From contig DGAG01000007.1 in assembly GCA_002382325.1 (NCBI GenBank), positions 200,235 to 264,234 of the forward strand: a stretch of DNA of 64,000 bases, written 5' to 3'. Under the pieces are notes generated by a model. The model was given only the letters and a program-made list of their open reading frames with translations. It made no database searches and had not been told where the DNA came from. This document shows, in pieces, positions 29,222 to 38,978 of the stretch. Origin of the DNA: Epsilonproteobacteria bacterium UBA4036. GTDB taxonomy: Bacteria; Campylobacterota; Campylobacteria; Campylobacterales; Arcobacteraceae. The translations under genes were made by a program, and so were the position numbers. Within the stretch, counting starts at the first letter, position 1; every line of letters begins with the position of its first letter.

Positions 29222-30181
29222 TTGTTTAACTGTTTACGACTCTTTTTCGTTTTATGCTTAAGCTTTTCTTTGCATGCAGACACATTCAATAAAAAAGTTG
29301 CTTATATTGCCTCAGATATGAGTATTCCTTTTTGGCAAATTCTCTCTCGTGGTATTCAAAATGCTTCACAAAAAACCAACTACTCATTAACTATTTACAA
29401 TGCCCAAAACGATGCAAAACAAGAACTGGAATCAGTTATTGCAGCTATTAAAAATCAAGTCGATGCAATCATTATTTCACCTACCACCTCTGTGGCATGT
29501 GTAACCGTTTTAAACTTGGCTAAAGAAGCTAAAATCCCTGTCATTATTGCCGATGTTGGTACAGATGACGGAGAGTATTTATCGTATATCTCTTCGAATA
29601 ATAAACAAGGTGCGTATGATATTGCACAAATTTTAATTCAAAAAATGCAAGAACGTAATTTTATGCAAGGTACCGTAGGAATTATTGCTATTCCTCAGAA
29701 ACGACTCAATGGACAAGCTCGAACTCAAGGTTTTATGCAAGCACTTAAAGAAGCTAACATAAGCGGGGCAGATATTAAACAGCAAGTAAATTTTTCCCTA
29801 GAAGAAACGTATTTATTGGCAAAAGAACTGATTCAAAATAATAAAAACCTAAAAGCTATTTGGCTTCAAGGCTCAGACAAATATGAAGGGGCCTTACAAG
29901 CCATTGAAGAAGCCGGTAAAAAAGAGGAAATTTTACTCATAACCTTCGATGCTGAACCTATTTTTTTAGAGCTTATTCCTCAAGGTGTTTTAGTGGGAGC
30001 TGCCATGCAACAACCTTTTTTGATGGGAGAAAAAGCCATCGAAGTGTTAGATGCTTATTTTAAAGAAGAAGCGGTCACTCAAAATATACAATTGCCCATT
30101 TTAGCAATATCTCAAGACAATATTGACTCACAGCTTTACATTATTCAAAGAAACGTTTTGGGATTAGAAGAAACCCGATGA
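29222..30181 (+). CDS. secreted periplasmic-binding-protein fold (ribose/LacI-type) solute-binding protein
   Basis: It has a TTG start and signal peptide MFNCLRLFFVLCLSFSLHA. It also has the alternating beta-alpha pattern of Peripla_BP type I proteins. It overlaps the downstream kinase by 4 nt (ATGA). Confidence 0.8.
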   Translation: MFNCLRLFFVLCLSFSLHADTFNKKVAYIASDMSIPFWQILSRGIQNASQKTNYSLTIYNAQNDAKQELESVIAAIKNQVDAIIISPTTSVACVTVLNLAKEAKIPVIIADVGTDDGEYLSYISSNNKQGAYDIAQILIQKMQERNFMQGTVGIIAIPQKRLNGQARTQGFMQALKEANISGADIKQQVNFSLEETYLLAKELIQNNKNLKAIWLQGSDKYEGALQAIEEAGKKEEILLITFDAEPIFLELIPQGVLVGAAMQQPFLMGEKAIEVLDAYFKEEAVTQNIQLPILAISQDNIDSQLYIIQRNVLGLEETR

Positions 30182-32076
30182 GTCCCATTATAGAAAAACC
30201 CAAACAATCACTTTTTTTGATTTTAGGCGTTATTATTGTCTTAACCGTTATGTTCAGTATGACAACACATGCCACTCACAGTTACATTACAACCAAAAAC
30301 CGATTGATTCAAGAGATGAAGAAAAATTCTCACAATACGATTGTATCCCTTAAGAGCAGTTTGCGCTATTTAATTGCTTCATATGCTGTTCAAGAATACA
30401 ATAATCTCATTGCCAATGAGATTTTACATCGCAATATTTTAGCCATTGTAGTTGAAGATTACAATTTTGGCGCTATTTTAGGTAAAGAGGCACAAATCAG
30501 TGGAAAAATAAAAGATGAAAAGGGTCAGCTTATTGATTATGACAGCAACAATATTTTACATCAAACACTTTTAAAAAATTGTTTTTATACCCAAAAATAT
30601 CCCATTGAATATGACAATAAAATTATTGGTGAAATTGGCATTTATATCTCCGATAATCAAATGCAAAAAGAGTTAAAAGAGATTATTTTTAGTAACATTC
30701 AAATTACTTTGGGGGTCTCTGTTTTTTTAATTGTTGTTCTTTTCTTTACCATTAAATGGATTGTGTTAAGCCCTATTTTTGAAATTATTCAAACCATTAG
30801 CCACAGCAGTAAAGACGGTATTCCCCATCGTACCATTCAGAGCAATAATTTTTATGAAATGAATCATTTAATTACCAGTATTAATACCATGATTCACACC
30901 ATCAAAAGTTCTCGTTTGATTTTAAAACAAAAGCGTGATGAATTGAGAAAATCACTGGATTTACAAAAAACCATTTTAGACAACGTAGGCTATATGCTTA
31001 TTCGTACGGATAAAAATGGCATCATCAAACAAATCAATAAGGAGACAGAAAAAGTATTAGGATACAAAAGTGAAGAGTTGATTGATATTTATACACCTGA
31101 AATCATTCATTTGGAAAGTGAAGTCAACTCTCACGCCAATGATCTTTCCAAAGAGTTTAATGAACCCGTTAAGGCTGGTTTTGAAGTATTTGTATTAAAA
31201 AGCAATAAGGGTGAAAAAAATGAACATGAGTGGATGTTTATTACTAAAGACAAACAACATATTCCTGTTTTACTTAATGTTAAAGCCTTAAAAGATAAAA
31301 AAGGTGAAATTTATGGTTATTTAGGCATTGCAAAAGATATCACTCAGCAAAAATTGTTAGAATCTCAATCAAAACTTGCTTCCATGGGAGAAATGATTGG
31401 AAATATAGCGCATCAGTGGCGACAGCCGTTAAGCGTCATTTCCACAGTTGCCAGTGGAGTTAAAGTCAAAAGTGAATTTAACCAATTTGAACCTGAACAG
31501 ATTTTTCCTGATATGGATACCATCATTCAACAAACCCAATATTTGTCTAAAACCATTGATGATTTTCGAAACTTCTTAAAAGAGAGCAAAGAAAAAGAAT
31601 CAATTAATCTCTCTAAAGTAGTTGAAACAGCTCTTTCTATTGTTCAATCAAGTATGATTGATAACAATATCACGGTTGTTGTCAATCTTAAAAACAATGG
31701 ACTGTTACATGCGTTTCCCAATCAATTAGTCCAAGCGCTTATCAATATTTTAAACAATGCCAAAGATGCACTCAAAGAAAAAATCAATGAAGACTCACTT
31801 CGTTTACTTCTTGTGCAAACTCAGCAAAATGATAATCAACTCATTTTAACCATTAAAGACAACGCCGGTGGTATTTCCTCTGATGCCATGCCAAAAATCT
31901 TTGAGCCTTATTTTACCACCAAACATAAAAGTGTAGGGACAGGGATTGGTTTATCTATGGCGCATAAGATTATCACCGAACAACACAATGCTTCCATTGA
32001 GGCACGAAATGAGACATTTGAATATCAAAACCAAACCTTTACAGGGGCTTGTTTTACGATTACTTTTAACATTTAA
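30178..32076 (+). CDS. membrane sensor histidine kinase (2 TM, periplasmic loop, PAS, HK)
   Basis: TM1 is LFLILGVIIVLTVMF and TM2 is ITLGVSVFLIVVLFFTI. It has a PAS segment, H-box AHQWRQPL, N-box NILNNAKDA, and DNAGGI and GTGIGLS. Confidence 0.85.
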   Translation: MSPIIEKPKQSLFLILGVIIVLTVMFSMTTHATHSYITTKNRLIQEMKKNSHNTIVSLKSSLRYLIASYAVQEYNNLIANEILHRNILAIVVEDYNFGAILGKEAQISGKIKDEKGQLIDYDSNNILHQTLLKNCFYTQKYPIEYDNKIIGEIGIYISDNQMQKELKEIIFSNIQITLGVSVFLIVVLFFTIKWIVLSPIFEIIQTISHSSKDGIPHRTIQSNNFYEMNHLITSINTMIHTIKSSRLILKQKRDELRKSLDLQKTILDNVGYMLIRTDKNGIIKQINKETEKVLGYKSEELIDIYTPEIIHLESEVNSHANDLSKEFNEPVKAGFEVFVLKSNKGEKNEHEWMFITKDKQHIPVLLNVKALKDKKGEIYGYLGIAKDITQQKLLESQSKLASMGEMIGNIAHQWRQPLSVISTVASGVKVKSEFNQFEPEQIFPDMDTIIQQTQYLSKTIDDFRNFLKESKEKESINLSKVVETALSIVQSSMIDNNITVVVNLKNNGLLHAFPNQLVQALINILNNAKDALKEKINEDSLRLLLVQTQQNDNQLILTIKDNAGGISSDAMPKIFEPYFTTKHKSVGTGIGLSMAHKIITEQHNASIEARNETFEYQNQTFTGACFTITFNI

Positions 32077-32161
32077 TTACAAATTTGTAAGATTTTAATG
32101 TAACTTTAATGTTTCTGTTCTTATAATGAGTTTTATTATTTGTAACTCAAAGGAAACAGTT

Positions 32162-32302
32162 ATGACAACGTTATTCTTAATGATGGTGGCTTTGGTTGTA
32201 TTATGGTTTGTAATCAGTTTTTGTGTTATTAATTACGATAAAAAAATGCAAAAGTCGTTAAATACTTTTCTAAAAGACGAAAAAATTAAACAAAGTGCTT
32301 AG
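32162..32302 (+). CDS. possible 46-aa single-pass membrane peptide
   Basis: My translation is MTTLFLMMVALVVLWFVISFCVINYDKKMQKSLNTFLKDEKIKQSA. RBS AAGGAAA lies 6 nt upstream. It is below the ORF-track cutoff. Confidence 0.35.
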   Translation: MTTLFLMMVALVVLWFVISFCVINYDKKMQKSLNTFLKDEKIKQSA

Positions 32303-32327
32303 TACGTTTTAATCAAACGCCCTTCTT

Positions 32328-32900
32328 CTACACCCCTACTTTACTTTGGATGGCTTTAGCCAGTGATAGCATATCAACATTTTCTAAACTCACTCCTGTA
32401 GGGACTCCTTGAGCAATTTTACTGAAACTGATATTGAAATTTTGGAGTTTATCTTCAATAAAAATAATAAACGCATCATTTGAAAGTGAAGGTGTTATCG
32501 CAAATAAAATCTCTTCGGTTTGATTGTTTTTAACAAAATCAATCAATTTTTGGATTAAAAATTCATCCAGTTCATTTAAAACAAAATAAAGCCCTTGAAA
32601 CTGCTTGGACTCTTCAATAATAAAAATATCTTTTGCGCTTTGCACAATACAAAGTCGATGTTTATCTCGTGTGTCATCCAAACAAATTTCACAAATTTCA
32701 TGTTCTGTCATGCACCCACAATGGCGACATCGTTTAATTGAACCAATCGCATTTTCAATGCAATGAGCAAGTTTAATACCACTAAAATTATCATTCATAA
32801 TGATGTGATACGCCAAACGCAATGCCGATTTTTTACCCACAGTAGGTAAACCCTCAAATGCTTCAACCAAATCATAAAATTTTTCTAGACCTTTTTTCAT
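32328..32900 (-). CDS. recR: recombination protein RecR
   Basis: 190 aa with [15 protein letters not shown], zinc finger [16 protein letters not shown] and a Toprim-like C-terminus. Confidence 0.93.
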   Translation of the reverse strand: MKKGLEKFYDLVEAFEGLPTVGKKSALRLAYHIIMNDNFSGIKLAHCIENAIGSIKRCRHCGCMTEHEICEICLDDTRDKHRLCIVQSAKDIFIIEESKQFQGLYFVLNELDEFLIQKLIDFVKNNQTEEILFAITPSLSNDAFIIFIEDKLQNFNISFSKIAQGVPTGVSLENVDMLSLAKAIQSKVGV

Positions 32901-32966
32901 GTCGCGATTATATCGAATCTTTATATTTTTTTGGATAAAATCGCTAAAAATTTTCTACATAAGGTG

Positions 32967-34097
32967 ATGAAATTGACAGAAATTGATTATTATGAATTAT
33001 TAGAAGTAAGCAAAAGCAGCGATAAAACTACGATTAAAAAAGCGTATCGTAAATTGGCTATGCAATATCATCCTGATAAAAATCCAGGTGATAATGAGGC
33101 CGAAGAGAAGTTTAAAGCCATTAATGAAGCTTATCAAGTACTCAGTGATGATCAAAAAAGACAAATCTATGACCGATATGGAAAAGCGGGGCTTCAAGGA
33201 CAAGGACAAAGCAGTGGCTTTGGTGGGTTTGATGATTTGGGCTCTGTCTTTGAAGAGATGTTTGGAAGTGCATTTGGTGGTGGATTTGGTGGTTCAAGAA
33301 GAAAACAAAGAAAAACCTATAACTACAATTTAGATATTGCCATTGAAACCGTCATAGAGTTCAATGAAGCTGTCTTTGGCGTCAACAAAACAGTTGAGTA
33401 TAGCTATAAAACGGCGTGTTCTTCATGTAAAGGAACTGGGGCAAAAGGAGGCAAACTCTCTACGTGTAGTTACTGTGATGGACATGGACAAATTCATACA
33501 CGACAAGGGTTTATGACTTTTGCTCAAACGTGTCCTTATTGTCATGGAAGCGGTGAATCTGTAGGTGAAAAATGTCCTTCATGTAAAGGAAAAGGATATG
33601 AAGAAGTTAAAGAAAGCTTCAAAGTTGATATTCCTGAAGGGGTAAATACGGGCAATCGAATACGTGTTTCCAATAAAGGAAATATTGCTCCTGATGGCTC
33701 AAGAGGTGATTTATATATTCAAATTCGTGTTAAAGAGGATTCTCATTTTGTACGACACGACGATGATATTTATTTGGAAGTTCCTCTGTTTTTTACGCAA
33801 GTGGTTTTAGGAGATACGATTAAAATCCCAAGTTTAAGAGGAGAATTGGAGCTTAAAATTCCAGCCGGTACCAAAGATAAAGAGCAATTTAAATTTAAAG
33901 GTGAAGGGGTAAAATCCGTACAAGGTTATGGAAAAGGCGATTTGATTGTACAAATTTCAATTAAATACCCTACGGATTTAAATGCCCAACAAAGAGAGCT
34001 TTTAGAAAAACTTCAAGAGAGTTTTGGCATAGAAAGCAAACCTCATGAGTCAATTTTTGAAGGAATGTTTGATAAAGTTAAAAAGTGGTTTTCATAA
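32967..34097 (+). CDS. dnaJ: molecular chaperone DnaJ
   Basis: The J domain reads DYYELLEV...[16 protein letters not shown], followed by a G/F region and four CxxCxGxG repeats. I chose ATG 32967, directly after AAGGTG, over the TTG at 32931 in the track. Confidence 0.93.
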   Translation: MKLTEIDYYELLEVSKSSDKTTIKKAYRKLAMQYHPDKNPGDNEAEEKFKAINEAYQVLSDDQKRQIYDRYGKAGLQGQGQSSGFGGFDDLGSVFEEMFGSAFGGGFGGSRRKQRKTYNYNLDIAIETVIEFNEAVFGVNKTVEYSYKTACSSCKGTGAKGGKLSTCSYCDGHGQIHTRQGFMTFAQTCPYCHGSGESVGEKCPSCKGKGYEEVKESFKVDIPEGVNTGNRIRVSNKGNIAPDGSRGDLYIQIRVKEDSHFVRHDDDIYLEVPLFFTQVVLGDTIKIPSLRGELELKIPAGTKDKEQFKFKGEGVKSVQGYGKGDLIVQISIKYPTDLNAQQRELLEKLQESFGIESKPHESIFEGMFDKVKKWFS

Positions 34098-34118
34098 TAT
34101 TTTAAAACAGGAAGAACA

Positions 34119-35336
34119 ATGAGCAATTCATATTTAGACACCATGCCCAATACCGATGGATTTTTTGGAAAGTTTGGAGGAGCCTTTTTACCTCCACAGC
34201 TTGAAACACCATTTACCCAAATCAAAGAAGCCTATGAGCAACTTAAAAATTCGCCAAAATTTATTGAAGAGTTAAAGTATGTACGAAAACATTTTCAAGG
34301 ACGCCCTACTCCTATTACCTTTGCTAAAAACTTAACGGCTTTTTGTGGAGGTGCAAAAATTTATCTCAAACGTGAGGATTTAAATCATACGGGTTCTCAT
34401 AAGCTTAACCACTGTATGGCAGAAGTGATTTTAGCCAAACACTTAGGCAAGAAAAAAGTCATTGCTGAAACAGGAGCAGGACAACACGGTGTTGCCTTAG
34501 CAACGGCTGCTGCATATTTTGGTTTAGAGTGTGAAATTCATATGGGAGAAGTGGACATTAAAAAAGAGCACCCCAATGTGGTTCGAATGAAAATATTAGG
34601 CGCCAAAGTTGTTCCTGCAACGCATGGACTTAAAACCTTAAAAGAAGCCGTTGACAGTGCCTTTGAAAGCTATTTAAAAGATACTGACAATGCCATTTAC
34701 TGCATTGGTTCTGTTGTGGGTCCTCACCCTTTCCCTATGATGGTGCGAGATTTCCAAAGTATTATATCCCTAGAAGCCAAAGAACAATTTTTTGAACATG
34801 AAAACGCATTGCCAGACAATGTGGTGGCATGTGTAGGCGGAGGAAGCAATGCCATGGGAATATTTGCTCATTTTATTGAAGAAAAAGAGGTGAACTTGTA
34901 TGGGGTTGAACCCATGGGTAAAGGTGAAAACATTGGCGAACACAGTGCCAGTTTAACCTATGGAAGTGAAGGCATTATGCACGGATTTAACTCCATTATG
35001 CTAAAAGATGATAAAGGAGAACCCGCACCCGTACACTCTATTGGAAGTGGCATTGATTATCCCAGTGTTGGACCAGAACACGCTTATTTAAACAGCATAC
35101 AAAGAACACAAATTGGACATTGTAACGACGATGAAGCCATCGATGCTTTTTATAAACTTTCACAACTTGAAGGGATTATTCCTGCTTTAGAATCGGCTCA
35201 TGCTATTGGATTTGCCATAAAATTAGCCAAAACACTCTCACAAGATAAAACCATTTTAATCAGTTTAAGTGGTCGAGGAGATAAAGACATTGATTTTGTA
35301 GTAGAAAACTATCCTGTTCCTAATGCCAAATTTTAA
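34119..35336 (+). CDS. trpB: tryptophan synthase beta chain (no adjacent trpA)
   Basis: 405 aa with [23 protein letters not shown] (PLP lysine), GAGQHGVA and GGGSNAMG. Confidence 0.9.
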   Translation: MSNSYLDTMPNTDGFFGKFGGAFLPPQLETPFTQIKEAYEQLKNSPKFIEELKYVRKHFQGRPTPITFAKNLTAFCGGAKIYLKREDLNHTGSHKLNHCMAEVILAKHLGKKKVIAETGAGQHGVALATAAAYFGLECEIHMGEVDIKKEHPNVVRMKILGAKVVPATHGLKTLKEAVDSAFESYLKDTDNAIYCIGSVVGPHPFPMMVRDFQSIISLEAKEQFFEHENALPDNVVACVGGGSNAMGIFAHFIEEKEVNLYGVEPMGKGENIGEHSASLTYGSEGIMHGFNSIMLKDDKGEPAPVHSIGSGIDYPSVGPEHAYLNSIQRTQIGHCNDDEAIDAFYKLSQLEGIIPALESAHAIGFAIKLAKTLSQDKTILISLSGRGDKDIDFVVENYPVPNAKF

Positions 35337-35342
35337 AAGGCA

Positions 35343-35678
35343 TTAGGAGAAAAACTTCTTAATTCTACTCAATCCCAATTGAATTCCACTGAATTTCATA
35401 ATCCGTGCCACTTCTTTGTATTTTGATTTTTCATAACACGGATTTTTGCAACTTCGACATTTGGGTTTGATTTCATGGGGACACTCATACAATCTTTCAA
35501 AAGCGTAATTGATCAAATTTTTACACTCTTCACACAACGTTAATTCAACTGAAAAATGCAGCGTTTTATAGTTAAAAGATTGAGTATAGGGCAAAAGAGT
35601 ATTGTGTTTTTTTGCACAATGAATTTCAAAAAACTTCTTTAATATTTCAACTTCAGATTTAAATTTTTCTTCTGTCAT
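35343..35678 (-). CDS. cysteine-rich YgbA-like (nitrous-oxide-stimulated promoter family) protein
   Basis: 111 aa with HCAKKH, CEECKNL, CPH, KPKCRSCKNPCY and RIMKFSG. These match my memory of the YgbA_NO family pattern. Confidence 0.65.
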   Translation of the reverse strand: MTEEKFKSEVEILKKFFEIHCAKKHNTLLPYTQSFNYKTLHFSVELTLCEECKNLINYAFERLYECPHEIKPKCRSCKNPCYEKSKYKEVARIMKFSGIQLGLSRIKKFFS

Positions 35679-35749
35679 AGTAAACTCATTTTTGCTTTGT
35701 ATTGTATATTTTTTAAGGTATTAAGTCCATGATTGGAATCAATTACAAC

Positions 35750-35762
35750 ATACAAATTGTAT
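35750..35762. promoter_or_regulatory. palindrome ATACAA-A-TTGTAT upstream of the YgbA-like gene
   Basis: This perfect 6-1-6 inverted repeat lies 72-84 nt upstream of the start at 35678. Confidence 0.3.
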
Positions 35763-35804
35763 CTAAATAGAACTATTTATCTGAAAAAATTTAAGCTTTT
35801 TTCT

Positions 35805-36179
35805 TTATCTACTGTTTTTTTGCTCTTTTTCAAAAGCTTCCCTGCATTCAATACAAAATCTGGCATGTGGTTTTACTTTCAGTCTTTTAAGTCCTACGGG
35901 ACTATCACACATTTCACAAACCCCATAAGTATTATTTTCAATTTTTTTAAGTGCCCATTCTATCTCTTTTAAAACAACTAACTGTTTTTCTCTTAAAATA
36001 TTAAGATTATAACTGTCACTTGAAACTTCTGCATAATCAACTTCATCATAAGAAGGTTCAGTGAGTAACTCTTTTATTATTGAATGGCTTAAATTTGATT
36101 CTTTAAGCAACTGCTCTTTTTTTTCTAATAATTTGTTTTTTAACTCTTGAATGTGTTCTTTTTTTAATATCATTGTCAT
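35805..36179 (-). CDS. DksA/TraR-family C4 zinc-finger protein
   Basis: 124 aa with a coiled-coil N-terminal part and CEMCDSPVGLKRLKVKPHARFCIECRE. Its start overlaps the hisI stop (TAATG). Confidence 0.8.
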   Translation of the reverse strand: MTMILKKEHIQELKNKLLEKKEQLLKESNLSHSIIKELLTEPSYDEVDYAEVSSDSYNLNILREKQLVVLKEIEWALKKIENNTYGVCEMCDSPVGLKRLKVKPHARFCIECREAFEKEQKNSR

Positions 36180-36505
36180 TACTCCTTATGAGAAAAATAC
36201 GTTCTAAAAAAACATGATTTTGCACCGGTATGGCAAGCAATATTACCCACTTGTTCAACAATTACAAGAAGAGTATCTTCATCGCAATCAACTCTTAAAT
36301 CAATAAGTTTTTGGAAATGTCCACTGCTTTCTCCTTTTTTCCATATTCTGTTTTTACTTCGGGAAAAATAGTGAACAATTTTTGTTTGAACGGTTAAATT
36401 AAAAGCTTCTTCATCCATATAACCCAACATTAATATCTCATTTGTGCCATATTCTTGTGTGATTACAGGAACTAATCCATTGGATTTCTTAAAATCAATA
36501 TTCAT
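36179..36505 (-). CDS. hisI: phosphoribosyl-AMP cyclohydrolase (monofunctional HisI)
   Basis: 108 aa with GLVPVITQE, LMLGYMDEEA, WKKGESSGHFQ, DCDEDTLL and ACHTGAKSCFF. Confidence 0.9.
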   Translation of the reverse strand: MNIDFKKSNGLVPVITQEYGTNEILMLGYMDEEAFNLTVQTKIVHYFSRSKNRIWKKGESSGHFQKLIDLRVDCDEDTLLVIVEQVGNIACHTGAKSCFFRTYFSHKE

Positions 36506-36566
36506 TTCTTACCTCTTTTTTACTGTTTTTTTATAACTCTCATATTAATAGTTTTAATTTATTTTA

Positions 36567-37328
36567 TTATGCCAATCGATTTAAAGAGGTCAATAATAAA
36601 AAAGTCCCCAATATTAATATTAAAATAGCGCCAATAATTTCTAAGAAATAGCTTTTTTCTCCTAAAAAACCCGATGCCTTTTTATTAAGTGCAATAGCAA
36701 ATATTCCTGCTATTGATATGGTAAGTCCCATTCCTATACTCATAGCAATTGCACTAAAAATTCCTAACGTAAAATGTCCAAGCATAATACAAAAAAGAAC
36801 TATTGTCATCACACCAGGACAAGGAATAATCCCTGCACTAATACTTAAAATATAAATATTTTTATCCTTTTGTGGGAGAGATTGTTCTTTGTTTTTTTTG
36901 TGTTTATATGCATGCCATATCAAATAAAGCCCAATGATAATAATTAATACGGCACTTAAAACCATGACGCTTTCACTTAATTCGTTAAAATGTTTTCTGA
37001 ACATTGTTTTAAATAAGAAAAAGATACCAAAAGTAATAAATACGGCTGATATGGCATGAACAATTGCAATTAAAAATCCCACTTTAAATACTTTTTTATA
37101 ATTGTTTTTATTCGATGCAAAATAAAAGGCAACCAAAGACTTCCCATGTCCTGGTCCTGCGGCATGAACAAGACCATAAATAAAAGCTATTCCAAGCAAA
37201 GACAATGAAAGTGTCATTGAGTTTTCATTATTAATATTTTTTATAGAACTTGCTATTAGTTTATTAAAAGCATATTGATATTCAACGAGTACATGTAAAA
37301 AATTATTATAAACTTCGATTAACATCAT
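36567..37328 (-). CDS. NicO/RcnA-type nickel/cobalt (divalent metal) transporter family membrane protein
   Basis: 253 aa multi-pass protein with VHAAGPGHGKS and a His/Lys-rich cytoplasmic loop HAYKHKKNKE. It overlaps the upstream DUF1007-like gene by 4 nt. Confidence 0.78.
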   Translation of the reverse strand: MMLIEVYNNFLHVLVEYQYAFNKLIASSIKNINNENSMTLSLSLLGIAFIYGLVHAAGPGHGKSLVAFYFASNKNNYKKVFKVGFLIAIVHAISAVFITFGIFFLFKTMFRKHFNELSESVMVLSAVLIIIIGLYLIWHAYKHKKNKEQSLPQKDKNIYILSISAGIIPCPGVMTIVLFCIMLGHFTLGIFSAIAMSIGMGLTISIAGIFAIALNKKASGFLGEKSYFLEIIGAILILILGTFLLLTSLNRLA

Positions 37329-37846
37329 TTAAATTCCAATCGTCGTGAATAATAAAAATCTTTATCTATTCCATTCACTTGATAGAATAAATTTCCCGTT
37401 ACAAATCTCTTTTCTAATATAAAAGCTGTAAAGTTTTTAGAATCATAAAAATCAATATAAACACTGTTTTTATCACTATTAATTTCAACATCAAATAGAT
37501 AAATCACTCTCTTTTCTTTATCAATAAAAGATTTAAAGTTTTTAGGAATGATTGAAATGAGTTTTTTGTTAATGTTAACATAGGTATAAAATCCATAGGC
37601 TTCAAGTGGCTCAAAATAGTTAATTTTTATGTATTGCTCTTCTTCTTTATCTATTTTGCCATTTGCATTTTGGTCAAATTCCATAATTAAAAGTTCTGAG
37701 GTCATTTCATCAAATTTCCACAGGAGAGTGATTGAATTTATTATATTTTTATTGTTATAAATTTTAGGGAAAACATCAATAAACGTATGAGGATGAGCAA
37801 ATAGATGTATAAATAGAATAAAAAATAAGATTACTATACTTTTCAT
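37325..37846 (-). CDS. DUF1007-like periplasmic partner of the NicO transporter
   Basis: It has a signal peptide, then AHPHTFIDV and WKFDEMTS. I recall both as DUF1007 hallmarks. Confidence 0.72.
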   Translation of the reverse strand: MKSIVILFFILFIHLFAHPHTFIDVFPKIYNNKNIINSITLLWKFDEMTSELLIMEFDQNANGKIDKEEEQYIKINYFEPLEAYGFYTYVNINKKLISIIPKNFKSFIDKEKRVIYLFDVEINSDKNSVYIDFYDSKNFTAFILEKRFVTGNLFYQVNGIDKDFYYSRRLEFK

Positions 37847-37867
37847 AAATCACTCTTTTATAAATTA

Positions 37868-37882
37868 TGCAACAAAGTTGCA
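37868..37882. promoter_or_regulatory. operator-like palindrome TGCAAC-AAA-GTTGCA
   Basis: This 6-3-6 inverted repeat lies 22 nt upstream of the DUF1007 start codon. It shares the TGCAAC/GTTGCA core with the palindrome at 37905-37935. Confidence 0.45.
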
Positions 37883-37904
37883 ACTTTGAAATAGTAGCAC
37901 ATAA

Positions 37905-37935
37905 TATTTAAATGCAACTTAGTTGCATTTAAATA
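37905..37935. promoter_or_regulatory. perfect 31-nt palindrome TATTTAAATGCAAC-TTA-GTTGCATTTAAATA (core 10-1-10 AAATGCAACT-T-AGTTGCATTT)
   Basis: I checked base by base that the arms are exact reverse complements. It lies in the divergent region between the metal transporter operon and the QueD-like gene. Confidence 0.55.
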
Positions 37936-37998
37936 CTCTTTGGTTAAAATACTAAAATAAAAAATGGAGTACTTGACTATGGAAAGATTTAATATAAA

Positions 37999-38544
37999 AT
38001 GATTATAAGAAAAAAATTTAAATTTGAAGGTGCTCATATTGTAAGAAATTGTTCCACCAAACGATGCAAAAAATCAATCCATGGACACTCATATGAGGTT
38101 GAAGTGTTTTTTACATCAAATAAGTTGGATAATGGATATATGATTTTAGATTTTGGTTTGACTAAAAAACATATCAAAAATATCATTGATTCATTTGATC
38201 ACGCGTACTCTTTTTGGAGTAAAGAAAAAGAGGAATTTAAGAATTTTTTTAAAACCAACAGTGAACGCTGGATAGAAATGCCTGTATCTCCAAGTGTTGA
38301 ATCATACAGTCTAATGTTTTTAAAGTTTATTGACACTGTTTTAAAACAGACAACCTTTTCTAACGGAGAAGGCGATATTTCAGTTTCATCGGTACGAGTG
38401 CATGAGACTAAAACAAGCTATGCCGAAGCATTTAGAGCAGATATGAGTTTAATCGAATTAGACCTAAAACAAGTTATCTTTTCCAATGAGGTTATTAACG
38501 AATGGGAAGAAAAAGATGAATTACTTAACATTTTATCAACATAA
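37999..38544 (+). CDS. 6-pyruvoyl-tetrahydropterin synthase / QueD-like protein
   Basis: 181 aa with KFEGAHIV, C..SIHGHSYEVEV, GYMILDFG and DSFDHAY, the PTPS/QueD zinc-histidine pattern. Confidence 0.72.
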   Translation: MIIRKKFKFEGAHIVRNCSTKRCKKSIHGHSYEVEVFFTSNKLDNGYMILDFGLTKKHIKNIIDSFDHAYSFWSKEKEEFKNFFKTNSERWIEMPVSPSVESYSLMFLKFIDTVLKQTTFSNGEGDISVSSVRVHETKTSYAEAFRADMSLIELDLKQVIFSNEVINEWEEKDELLNILST

Positions 38545-38552
38545 AGGAAAAA

Positions 38553-38939
38553 ATGATAAAAAATCCAAAAGATATTTTAGAGCAATGGATGCAAGCAGTT
38601 AATAATGGTGATGTGAAAACATTACTCAACTTATATAATAATCAAGCCGTACTAATTCCAACTTTTTCCAATAGAGTATTAAATACTCCCGATAAATTAA
38701 GAGACTATTTTGAGAAACTTGGAAGTCGAGAAGAACTTAGTATTGCACTGCATGAGAAGACATTAATAGTGCAAGAATTACAAAAAGAATTTTTTTCACT
38801 GAGTGGCATTTACAATTGGCGTTTTGCTGTTGATGGAGAATTACTTAACTTTGAAGCTCGATTCAGTTACTTAATTGACCTTTCAAAAGAAAATCCCATT
38901 ATGCACCATCATTCATCACAAATTCCTCGTATGTTGTAA
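38553..38939 (+). CDS. SnoaL/NTF2-like (DUF4440-type) small protein
   Basis: 128 aa. WMQAVNNGDVKTLLNLYNNQAVLIPTFS is typical of NTF2-like fold proteins. Confidence 0.55.
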   Translation: MIKNPKDILEQWMQAVNNGDVKTLLNLYNNQAVLIPTFSNRVLNTPDKLRDYFEKLGSREELSIALHEKTLIVQELQKEFFSLSGIYNWRFAVDGELLNFEARFSYLIDLSKENPIMHHHSSQIPRML

Positions 38940-38978
38940 ATAAAGTTACGGTAAATGTAAAAATATTCTTGTTCATTC

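Noticed and set aside
32077-32090. Palindrome TTACAAATTTGTAA right after the kinase gene stop.
   Set aside because: It is a perfect 7+7 repeat with no loop and is entirely A/T-rich apart from one C/G pair. It is too weak to call a terminator or operator without further evidence.
32931-32966. TTG-initiated 12-codon extension of dnaJ in the track.
   Set aside because: The ATG at 32967 directly follows AAGGTG and gives the canonical DnaJ N-terminus ([12 protein letters not shown]). The extension is unlikely to be real.
35733-35972. 79-aa plus-strand ORF overlapping the DksA-like gene.
   Set aside because: It is antisense to a gene with a clear DksA/TraR zinc finger. Its translation is a low-complexity F/L/K-rich string without an RBS.
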